DNA of 64,000 bases from Ignavibacteriales bacterium (GTDB taxonomy: Bacteria; Bacteroidota; Ignavibacteria; Ignavibacteriales; DAOSCP01). The position numbers and the translations under genes are program-made. Each line of letters opens with the position of its first letter. Positions within the stretch are counted from its first letter, which is position 1. Where the stretch lies: assembly GCA_035361425.1 (NCBI GenBank), contig DAOSCP010000010.1:23712-87711 (forward strand), in the 5' to 3' direction. Shown in pieces: positions 1-8,866 of the stretch. Under the pieces are notes generated by a model. That model ran no database searches. It was not told where the DNA came from and worked only from the letters and a program-made list of their open reading frames with translations.

Positions 1-299
1 TTTCTAATACACAACATATAATAAGTTATAGTTTGCGACAAATCTCCTTTTGTATAATAATATCTGGCAAGTTGCAAATAATAATCAGATAAAATGCCTG
101 CTTCGTAATTTTCTAAATATAAAGCTAAGGTATAAGCTGAATCAAGATTTTTTTTCATTAATTCGAGGTTACCATAATATTTTGTTATATTATTTAAATA
201 ATGATAGAATTGTTTTTTCATATAAGAAGTGTCGGGAAGGTCTGGCGAGTAACATAAAGATATTGAAATAAATAATAAAAATATAAAAATAATTTTCAT
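1..299 (-). CDS. Partial secreted/membrane TPR-like protein, runs off the left edge; not in the supplied ORF track
   Basis: Manual translation from ATG at 299 (ATGA overlap with the comB stop): MKIIFIFLLFISISLCYSPDLPDTSYMKKQFYHYLNN...YLQLARYYYTKGDLSQTITYYMLCIR, open to the edge. Hydrophobic N-terminus and a TPR-like helix pair. Confidence 0.7.
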   Translation of the reverse strand, partial: MKIIFIFLLFISISLCYSPDLPDTSYMKKQFYHYLNNITKYYGNLELMKKNLDSAYTLALYLENYEAGILSDYYLQLARYYYTKGDLSQTITYYMLCIR

Positions 300-1078
300 A
301 ATGAAGTTATTATTCCATCTTTATAAAATGGTATTATATTCATAATATTTAATTTTGAAGCAAACTCAATATCCTTAAAGAAACCTTTTTCCATTAATTC
401 AAGTGCATGTGATGTTTCTTTTAATGTTTTTGACAAATTATTTGCATTATGCAAATAGTTATAAAGAGATATTTTTGCTGTATCAGTTAATCTTACATTA
501 AAATTGAAAATCTCATGAAATTCCTGAATTAGTGCACCAGCAAGAAGCAGATCTTCATAAGAAATATTATTATTATCACCTGAGCAAACAATTGTTATAT
601 TTTTTTTCATCATACCAACTACATCAGCTATAAAACCATAATTTAAGAATGAGGTGACAAATACATTTTCATAGTTTTCAAAATATCTTAATGTTCGTGT
701 CCCATTTGTTGTAAATAGAAGAATTTTTTTATCATTAAACTCAGCTTGGTAAAACTCACTGGGAGAATTACCATAATCGAAATTAGGAATTTTTAGAGAA
801 TCTATTTCCCCTGCCAGTATAAACTCCGGATGTTCTTCTTTAAACTTTCTTATTATTTCTTCAAATTCTTTACTTTCTAGAAACTTTTGAGTAATTGTTT
901 TTTTATTAATACCAAATATTTCAAAACTATTAATTGGAACTATTGAATTTGCATTTCTATAAAGCATAGTTGTTATGCTGGTAGTAGCCCTTAATACATC
1001 TACAACTATTATAATATTATTTTGTGTATTATGTTTGTTAATAAAAACTGGGGTTAGAATAACATCAATATTTATCAT
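296..1078 (-). CDS. comB: 2-phosphosulfolactate phosphatase family protein
   Basis: Motifs VVDVLRATT, GEIDSLKIPNFDYGNSP, TTNGT, EDLLLAG. ATG at 1078 overlaps the upstream stop (ATGA); the ORF track uses GTG at 1087. Confidence 0.88.
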   Translation of the reverse strand: MINIDVILTPVFINKHNTQNNIIIVVDVLRATTSITTMLYRNANSIVPINSFEIFGINKKTITQKFLESKEFEEIIRKFKEEHPEFILAGEIDSLKIPNFDYGNSPSEFYQAEFNDKKILLFTTNGTRTLRYFENYENVFVTSFLNYGFIADVVGMMKKNITIVCSGDNNNISYEDLLLAGALIQEFHEIFNFNVRLTDTAKISLYNYLHNANNLSKTLKETSHALELMEKGFFKDIEFASKLNIMNIIPFYKDGIITSL

Positions 1079-3942
1079 AATGACCACACTAAATATAAAT
1101 TAAACATTCTTGAACTGTAAGCAGTTTCATATCTTGCAGAACTGCCAAAATTAACATTTAAATATAATGAAAAATTATAATTAAATTTATATGAGCCTAA
1201 TAAATTTATTTCCTTAACAATAAAATCTGTAGCAAAAACATAACCAACTTTACCGTTTATAACTAAAGAGATATTTTTATCGTTATAGGCTTTCCACTCT
1301 CCAAATACTCCATGAGATTCAAAATTTTTAGGTGAATAATATTCTGCTACAGTATGAACATATTTATTTAAATAATACTCATAACCTATATTTAATTCAG
1401 GATAAAATTTTTTGGAAAGCCGAATGTTTATATCATTTCCACCATTATTTTTATATTTTAATGTATCCTCTCCTTGATATGCATAAACTGGCCCATCAAC
1501 AATAATAAGTGAGGTTGATAAAGATAATTTTGTATCTTCGGTAATATTATAAGAGCCATAAATTTTAGAATATATCGTATTTAACTGGTAGAATAAAAGT
1601 TTAGGTGAATATACCAAAAATCTTGCATCAGTTGATAAGAATGTTGCATTTATATCATACTCGCTTTCTTTATAGTTGAAATCCAGTTGTGTAAAAAGTT
1701 TTTTTGTCCTATCACCAAAATTAATACTTCCAACTGTTATAGAAGATGATAATTCATTACTTAGCATAAAATTAAGTAATATTTTGGAGTTAACAAATTT
1801 ATTTGATGTTGAGTTGATAGGCTCGGTGCTTGAAAATTTTCCTTGTTGCAATGTAAATGCAGCATTCATAAATTTATTTATACCTAGCTCAAATCTTGCA
1901 CCTTGATATTGATACTGAAAATATTGATTATCCGAAAATGTGAAAATTTCTGGTACAACATTCATAAAAGTAGGAAATGTAGAAGGTGCAAACTTAAATT
2001 TTGTATAATACTCGCCGGGAAACCAACTGGCATATAAATTAAAAGTATAATTATTGGGAAATTTTGTATTGTATTCATCAGTTATAATTTTTGAACTTTT
2101 GTAGTTTTTCATCTCATATAATGACTGGAGTTTTAAATACTTAAGATTCACATCTTGAGGATACTCTTTTTCTAATTGTGAAATTAGTTCTAATGCTTTA
2201 CTATGTTGTTTTTCCCATTGTAAATTTTTAATTTTTATCAATGTGTATTCAAAATAATTGTCCTTATCTATAATTTTATCAATAGTTTGAATATAATCTG
2301 AATAAGATTTATTTATGAGATATAAATTAGCTAATTTTAGTGTAAAATATTCATCATCAGGATATTTATTCATCATTGAGATTAAAATTTTTTCATTATC
2401 AAGATATTCATCTTGATTTTCTAGTTGCAAATTATTTACAATATCATAATCATTTAATTTATTATTTTCAGTTTGATTGCGATATGCAATATAATATAAT
2501 TTTCGAAGTTCGTAGTTATCGTAATCTAACTTTCTTGCCTGTTCGAGATACTGTTCAGCCAAATTATAATCTTTTAAAATAATATACAACATTGCAAGAG
2601 CTTTAATTGCTTCAAAATTTTTAGGTTCTTTTTTAATAATATTATTAAGTTTCTCTTTTGCATCTTCTAAATTTTCTTGTTTCCAAATACAAATTTTTGC
2701 ATAAAGTAATAAATAATTGGAATTATTTGGTTGGAAACTGGTTAGTTTTTGTAATATTGACAATGCTTTATCATATTGTAGGTTATAGGATGAATACAAA
2801 GCTGTTTCGTAAGCAACTTCATAGTCAAAATTGTTAATTATATAATTTTCTCCCAATTCAATAGCTGGCTCATACAATTGATTATTTGCATATAATCTCA
2901 TCAGTTGCAAAATACTTCTTTTATCATTGGGATTTTTGGCAATTTTATCTTTTAAGGATCTAACTTGCTGGTTAAAGGTGGTATCTCTTAGTGCTTCGTA
3001 TCTATTCCATAATTCAAGATATTTTTCATTACTAGAATATTTTTCTTGAAGATAAAGTAAATGTGTTTGTGCTTCCTGTATCCTTTTATATTTTAATAAT
3101 TCTTCTATAAGTAAAAATCTGATGTCATCTTTATTGGGATATTTTTGTAAAATTCTGTTATATTTATCAATAGCAAATTCAAAACGAGCTCTTCCAGTAT
3201 CTTTTTCAATAATAGTAAAATTATAACCTTTCCCTTTAGCATTATCTAATCCATCTTGAGCTTCTTTGAAAAACGGTTTAAATGAAAGAGCTTTTTCAAA
3301 ATCAACAATAGCATTTTTATAATCGCCAAGCCAATTTCTTATCCAACCTCTTTTACTATAAAGTCTATGATCATTTGGATTAGCATTAATAGCGATAGTA
3401 ATAATATTTTCCGCTTTTTTTAATTTATTGATTTTTATTAACATATCAGCATATTCAATTGCTTCATTTGCCGAAAACTGTTTTTTGCTATTATAATCAT
3501 CATACCATTTTTCGGCTTCATTATATTTTTCAAGATCTTTATAAGAACTGGCTAACTTTAAATATGTACTATAATTATTTGGATTTCTTACTAAATCTCT
3601 TTTATAACCTTCTATTCTTTTAGTTATAATTTCATTCCAATTATTTCTTATTCTTGCGACATTATCACTATAAGTTTTATTATTAGGTTGTAATTTGGCT
3701 GCTCTTCTGTAATCAGTAATTGCTTCTTCATATTGAGTTCTTTTTTCATAGCAAAGTCCTCTCATATTGTAAGCTTCGTGGTCTTGCGGATTAAGAGGAA
3801 TATATTTATTCAATAGCTCTATAGCTTCGCCATATCTGCCGGAGTTCATAAAACTTTGTGCTTGCCTTTTTAATTCTGGTTGAACTTGAGCAACAACAAA
3901 ATGTAATGCCAATATGAAACAATATATAATAATCTTTTTCAT
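1075..3942 (-). CDS. TPR-repeat protein with C-terminal outer-membrane beta-barrel (BcsC/PgaA/PelB-like architecture)
   Basis: Signal peptide, many TPRs (e.g. AYNMRGLCYEKRTQYEEAITDYRRA, LYSKRGWIRNWLGDYKNAIVDFEKA), about 300 C-terminal residues of alternating beta-strand pattern containing YYSP and ending MFNLYLVWSL. Confidence 0.75.
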   Translation of the reverse strand: MKKIIIYCFILALHFVVAQVQPELKRQAQSFMNSGRYGEAIELLNKYIPLNPQDHEAYNMRGLCYEKRTQYEEAITDYRRAAKLQPNNKTYSDNVARIRNNWNEIITKRIEGYKRDLVRNPNNYSTYLKLASSYKDLEKYNEAEKWYDDYNSKKQFSANEAIEYADMLIKINKLKKAENIITIAINANPNDHRLYSKRGWIRNWLGDYKNAIVDFEKALSFKPFFKEAQDGLDNAKGKGYNFTIIEKDTGRARFEFAIDKYNRILQKYPNKDDIRFLLIEELLKYKRIQEAQTHLLYLQEKYSSNEKYLELWNRYEALRDTTFNQQVRSLKDKIAKNPNDKRSILQLMRLYANNQLYEPAIELGENYIINNFDYEVAYETALYSSYNLQYDKALSILQKLTSFQPNNSNYLLLYAKICIWKQENLEDAKEKLNNIIKKEPKNFEAIKALAMLYIILKDYNLAEQYLEQARKLDYDNYELRKLYYIAYRNQTENNKLNDYDIVNNLQLENQDEYLDNEKILISMMNKYPDDEYFTLKLANLYLINKSYSDYIQTIDKIIDKDNYFEYTLIKIKNLQWEKQHSKALELISQLEKEYPQDVNLKYLKLQSLYEMKNYKSSKIITDEYNTKFPNNYTFNLYASWFPGEYYTKFKFAPSTFPTFMNVVPEIFTFSDNQYFQYQYQGARFELGINKFMNAAFTLQQGKFSSTEPINSTSNKFVNSKILLNFMLSNELSSSITVGSINFGDRTKKLFTQLDFNYKESEYDINATFLSTDARFLVYSPKLLFYQLNTIYSKIYGSYNITEDTKLSLSTSLIIVDGPVYAYQGEDTLKYKNNGGNDINIRLSKKFYPELNIGYEYYLNKYVHTVAEYYSPKNFESHGVFGEWKAYNDKNISLVINGKVGYVFATDFIVKEINLLGSYKFNYNFSLYLNVNFGSSARYETAYSSRMFNLYLVWSL

Positions 3943-3945
3943 AGC

Positions 3946-5280
3946 TTATTCAAAAATATATTTGAAAATTTCATTTGCTGTATTGTAAGATAGAACATTA
4001 TCTACTTTAAGAACAGAAATGTATCTTAAAATATTTTTTATTAAATTTTCATCTTGAACAGGAAAATTAGAAATCATATTTGCAAGCAACCGATGAAAAC
4101 TATCAGGCAAACTTTTAACAATTATTAATATAACTAGATCATTATGAATTGTTATTTTATCTTTTTTATCTACAGAAAGTCTTATTGTGTTAGCTAATTG
4201 CTTAATAGACATTAACTTACCTTCAATAGCAAAACTATCAAGCTTAAAAGCATAGATATCAAAAGATTGCCCCGTATTTTTGTAAAGAGAAAGTTGATTG
4301 CTTACAAATAAGAAAAAATCTTCAAAGTTATAAACATTAGAATGTATATATTCATCTTGTTTAATTTCAAAATTAGAAAGTGATATAAATTTAGAAAATC
4401 TTTGTTCTGATTTTGATTGTTGTAATTTAAGTTCATTTTCGATTTTTAAATTAGATTTAGAGATACTTACTTCGATATTTCTACGCTCAAATTCTTTATC
4501 ATATTGTGGCTCTATTCTATTATTGGGGGTTATATCTCTACTATCTTGTCTGCTATCTAAATCTTCAATGAAATTAAACCCTTTTTCTGGTATAATTTTA
4601 TAATAGGCCTCAAAAAGACCTTCTGAGTGCCCAATATTAGGAATAATAGAAATTTTACCGTTCAAGTTTGCAGAAATAGTTTCCATTGGTTTCTGCAATA
4701 CAATTTTTGCAGTAGATGAATTATATAATGTATTAACAATGTCTTTAGCATATTGTGTAGCAGGTTCGCCTACCACAAAGAAATTAGTTGTTCCTATTCC
4801 TTCAAGTCCTTCGATTAAATCAACATAACTTTGTTCGAGATTAGAAAGATTTAAAAAACCAACAAATGGAGTTAATTCATCAAATATTAAGATATCTGGC
4901 GAATACTGTTGAACAAGTTGATAAATGTCTTTAAAATAATCACTAAGTTCTTGATCTGGATTTTCCTTTTCAAAAATATCATTTGGTGGTGTAGCTTTAA
5001 TAACAATAATTTTATTTTGAGAAACATAGTATTGCAAATCTAAATTAATAGTTGAGGCTGTTATCATCAAATCTTTAGTTCTAAGACTCGTAAAATATAT
5101 ACAAGAGTAATTATTTGACAAATAATACTTTGCAAGTTGTAAAGAAATGATAGTTTTACCGCTTTTTTTAGGTCCTATAATTAGATATGATCCTGTTTTA
5201 TAAACACCACCCCAATTATTATCAATAATTGATAAACCAGATTTTAATAATTGAATTCCCGATTTCATTGTATATCTCAC
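3946..5280 (-). CDS. KaiC/RAD55-like P-loop ATPase with C-terminal degenerate GGDEF-like domain
   Basis: SGLSIIDNNWGG...IIGPKKSGKT (Walker A), LIFDEL (Walker B). C-terminal NVYNFEDFFLFVSNQLSLYKNTGQSFDIYAFKLD resembles the start of a GGDEF domain. Start is GTG 5280 or ATG 5268. Confidence 0.72.
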   Translation of the reverse strand: MRYTMKSGIQLLKSGLSIIDNNWGGVYKTGSYLIIGPKKSGKTIISLQLAKYYLSNNYSCIYFTSLRTKDLMITASTINLDLQYYVSQNKIIVIKATPPNDIFEKENPDQELSDYFKDIYQLVQQYSPDILIFDELTPFVGFLNLSNLEQSYVDLIEGLEGIGTTNFFVVGEPATQYAKDIVNTLYNSSTAKIVLQKPMETISANLNGKISIIPNIGHSEGLFEAYYKIIPEKGFNFIEDLDSRQDSRDITPNNRIEPQYDKEFERRNIEVSISKSNLKIENELKLQQSKSEQRFSKFISLSNFEIKQDEYIHSNVYNFEDFFLFVSNQLSLYKNTGQSFDIYAFKLDSFAIEGKLMSIKQLANTIRLSVDKKDKITIHNDLVILIIVKSLPDSFHRLLANMISNFPVQDENLIKNILRYISVLKVDNVLSYNTANEIFKYIFE

Positions 5281-5281
5281 A

Positions 5282-6702
5282 TTATGTTTTCCAATAGTAA
5301 TTAATTCTTGTTAAAAATTTAACTATTAAGCAACCAATAATGTTAGCAAAAACGCTTTTACTGTACCTAAAAATGGCCCGACAAAAATATTATTAAGAAT
5401 AATATCTATCCCCGTTAAACTTAGTAGTGGCCACAGAATATGAGAATGTCCTGTATATGCTATCAAAGGATTTTTTCCATTATCTATTAATATACCAAAA
5501 TATTTTGAAAATTTGATATAATCAAATAATATGGTAAAAAGCATTAAAGTAGCAATTGCTAAACCTGTAGTTAAAATCAGATAGTTAAAAGTAGCCGGAT
5601 CTTTTTTAATTCCTCCTTGTAAAGGCTCTAATATTGCCCCAAGAACTATTAAAAATATTGCTATATGAGATGAATTTGCAATTAATTTTTCGAAATCATT
5701 ATTTATATTTTTTAATAATATATTTGTAACTATAGCTAACAAAACTAAAATAATTGTTGTGATAAAAATATATCTACTATAAAAACCTATCAAAGATACT
5801 AAAACAAAACTTAAATATAAAAACATCAAAGATATATACTTACTTTTATTCCATTGAGTATTATTTAGTTCAGCAGTATTTTTATCAAATTTAGTGATAA
5901 GATCACCAATAATGGTACCTGGTAATATAACAATCAAATACTTTAAATAATCTATTATAAAAATATCTTTTATCAAATCGAATTTCCACAAAATATTTAT
6001 CCAACTTTCTGGTACTGTGGATGATATTCTTAAGGCAATAAAGAAAATCAAAATAGCGACTCTTAATAAAATATTTTCCTTTGTTATCAACCATATTAAA
6101 GAAGCAAAAAGGAAATTATCAGCAATTACTAATATAATTATATCATTCCTGCTTAATTTAAATCCACTTCCATCTTTGTATGTATTAGAATACAAAATAT
6201 AAAACGCTACTAACCAGCCTATAATCTTTAAAATAGTAAAAATTCGATATTTAGTTAATTTATCTGAATAACTTCCTTTATAATCTCCAAAAATAAAAAA
6301 CATAGCAATAAGTGCTATTAAAGCAATAATATTATTATAAAAAATATCAGGCGAAGAAATTACATATGGTTTTGTATGTTGTAAAAATATAGCAAAAAAA
6401 ATCAAAAGAAAAGTTCTTTTAAAAATATCGAATAATATTTTAAAAATAGAAGTATTATTACTTATTTTTTTATTAAGCGCCAAAGGGATAGCACATCCCA
6501 TTGCAAAAAGAAAGAAAGGAAAAACTAAGTCTACCCAGGTAATTCCGGGGAAATTAGGATTAAATTTGTTAGTGGGAGGCGGCAATTGTGCATGATACAT
6601 CCATCCGGGCAATGCACCATTCCAGGGAACTCTACCAGAAAATATCATCAATAAAATAGCTAATCCTCGTAACGCATCAAGTGATGAAATTCGATATTTC
6701 AT
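5282..6702 (-). pseudogene. DUF5009 / HGSNAT-like membrane acyltransferase with a 1-nt frameshift near the 3' end
   Basis: LDALRGLAILLMIFSG, WMYHAQLPPP, GITWVDLVFPFFLFAMG. The ORF stops at 5326, but a shifted frame continues LIVKFLTRINYYWKT* to 5282, a family-like C-terminus. May instead be a base-calling error. Confidence 0.75.
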
Positions 6703-6757
6703 ATATTATAATTATTTTTTTAAAAATAATAAAATTTAGCAAAAAATTAAAATAAAA

Positions 6758-7420
6758 TTACTCTTTTAAACGAGTAATCTTATCTAAAAGGATATTTGGA
6801 TAATTATCAGAAGGGAAAGTATAATTTTCTTTAAGTTCTAAAAGTCCCAAATATTGTATTAAATTATACATTATTTGCGTAAGTTTCTGCATCTCATTAT
6901 AAAAAACTTTTTCATAGTTATCTATAATTGTTTGAATTGCAGGACTATCTAATCTTGATATAGAATCATAAATATTTAACTCATCAATATCAAGGATTAA
7001 ATTTTTAAAGAATGAAAAATCGGGAGTTTTAACATCAAAATTTTTCTTAATTGCAGTTTTTTTAACAGCTAAACTAATTTCATACTGGGAGAGTGGATTT
7101 AAAACAGAATTGGCTTTTATTATATAGTTTTTTCTTGATGTAAAAAAGAATAACTCAAAAAATATTTGTGTATAAAATTCTATGTCATTAAACTTAAACT
7201 CAAATAGAATTCGTTTGTTTTCATCTATAATTAAATTCGAAAGTAGTAATTTATATTTATTTAAATATTCTGCGGCAGGTGAAATAATAACATTATCGTT
7301 TACATCAAAACGAAATTTTTTTGATGGCTTTTTGATAGGAAAATAAAAAGTACCAGCTGGATGATAATAAGAATTATTGAATGATACATCAAAATTAATA
7401 CGTTTGATATTTTCAATCAT
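6758..7420 (-). CDS. Hypothetical protein (220 aa)
   Basis: Clean ORF starting immediately after the upstream stop (TAA ATG); no motif recognised. Confidence 0.65.
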   Translation of the reverse strand: MIENIKRINFDVSFNNSYYHPAGTFYFPIKKPSKKFRFDVNDNVIISPAAEYLNKYKLLLSNLIIDENKRILFEFKFNDIEFYTQIFFELFFFTSRKNYIIKANSVLNPLSQYEISLAVKKTAIKKNFDVKTPDFSFFKNLILDIDELNIYDSISRLDSPAIQTIIDNYEKVFYNEMQKLTQIMYNLIQYLGLLELKENYTFPSDNYPNILLDKITRLKE

Positions 7421-8077
7421 TTATATTTTAATCATATTATTATCACCTGCATAAGAGATAATTTCAGGATTTTGCAAGTTAATTAAAGTTTTAACAGAAT
7501 TATTAATTCTTTCAATACTTTTTTCTATAATCATAATATCATCTTTAAGAGCATCAATTTGAGTATCTTTAAGCTCATCTTTAATATTGTTAAATGATAA
7601 TATTAAACCCGAAAGCGGATTATTAATTTGATGCCCTAAAGTACAAGCTAATTCAACAAGTGCCTTAGAATGTTGCACTTTTTGCAATTCATTTTGAAGA
7701 TCGTAAATTCTAATTCCAGCTCTCAATCTAGCAAGAATCTCTTGATTATCAATAGGTTTAACAAGAAAATCATCTGCACCACTATCAAAGCCAGATACAA
7801 CATCTTTAGTTGAAGCCCTGGCTGTAAGAAGAATAAAGTAAATAACTTTAGTAGCAGGATTTTCTTTTAGTCTCGTACAAAGTTCTATACCATCCATCCT
7901 TGGCATAGTCCAATCTGCAATGATCACTTTAGGATTATACTCAGAAATAATTTGTAGAGCTTCGAGGCCATCTTTTGCAGCCCTTACATCATAATTATTT
8001 AACTGTAAAAGTTTTTCTAAAATAAAACGAGTATCTTCGTCGTCTTGAACTATAAGTATTTTATCTTTTTCTTTCAT
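7421..8077 (-). CDS. Receiver domain + HisKA-like dimerisation segment, no ATPase domain
   Basis: REC: KILIVQDD, IIADWTMPRMDG (phospho-Asp), FILLTAR, DDFLVKP. Then TLGHQINNPLSG (H-box). Ends without N/G boxes. Confidence 0.85.
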   Translation of the reverse strand: MKEKDKILIVQDDEDTRFILEKLLQLNNYDVRAAKDGLEALQIISEYNPKVIIADWTMPRMDGIELCTRLKENPATKVIYFILLTARASTKDVVSGFDSGADDFLVKPIDNQEILARLRAGIRIYDLQNELQKVQHSKALVELACTLGHQINNPLSGLILSFNNIKDELKDTQIDALKDDIMIIEKSIERINNSVKTLINLQNPEIISYAGDNNMIKI

Positions 8078-8078
8078 A

Positions 8079-8864
8079 TTACTGATATTTAACTAGTATA
8101 GTAATTCTACGGTTTTGTGCGTCATATGGATCTTTTGGGTTTCTTAGTTTTTTATCAGCAAAACCTCTAACCTCTTCAAATTGATTTAAATTTACACCTC
8201 CAAGCATCAAAGCTCTACGGGCAGAGTTTGCTCTATCGCTACTTAATTCAAAATTAGAATAACCAAAACCTTTGCCAGGATATGGTCTAGAATCCGTATG
8301 TCCTTCAACAACTATTTTATTAGGCAATTTTGCTAAATTTTTTCCAATTGTAGCAATTAAATCCCTTGCCGCTTTTTTTAAAGTTGAACCACCTACATCA
8401 AAAAAAATATCATCAGTTTTAATAATTTCAATTCTCATGCCCTGTTCATCAAAAGTAATAGAGATTTTATCCATTAATTCACGTAAGTCAGGGGATTGAG
8501 CAATTTCTCTCATAATTTCCTGACTAATTTCTTCCATTTGCTGCCTTTGCTGAGCTACTGCCTCAGCATTACCTTGTCCTCCAGAACTAACTAATTCTGG
8601 CCTTAACATTATAGTTTTCTGGGAACCTCCTCCGCCATCTAATATATATTTTCCTTTTTTGGAAGTAAAGCCGACAGGATCTTTAAAATAAGAAGCTACT
8701 TGTTGTTTAACTTCTTGGCTTTGAGCAAGAATCCACATTACTATAAAAAAAGCCATCATCGCGGTAACAAAGTCTGCATAAGCAACTTTCCAAGCACCGC
8801 CATGATGTCCTCCATGTCCCTTACCTTTTTTATTTATTATTATTATTTGATTATCATTAGCCAT
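8079..8864 (-). CDS. motB: Flagellar stator protein MotB
   Basis: HHGGAWKVAYADFVTAMMAFFIVMW; OmpA-like VEGHTD, NFELSSDRA, NRRITILV. Confidence 0.96.
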   Translation of the reverse strand: MANDNQIIIINKKGKGHGGHHGGAWKVAYADFVTAMMAFFIVMWILAQSQEVKQQVASYFKDPVGFTSKKGKYILDGGGGSQKTIMLRPELVSSGGQGNAEAVAQQRQQMEEISQEIMREIAQSPDLRELMDKISITFDEQGMRIEIIKTDDIFFDVGGSTLKKAARDLIATIGKNLAKLPNKIVVEGHTDSRPYPGKGFGYSNFELSSDRANSARRALMLGGVNLNQFEEVRGFADKKLRNPKDPYDAQNRRITILVKYQ

Positions 8865-8866
8865 TA

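Noticed and set aside
50-271. 73-aa plus-strand ORF
   Set aside because: Antisense shadow of the better-supported minus-strand gene starting at 299.
7418-7423. In-frame TAA-ATG junction as another nonsense lesion joining REC-HisKA to the 220-aa ORF
   Set aside because: The downstream ORF has no HATPase N/G boxes, has its own ATG, and the upstream protein ends in a plausible natural terminus.
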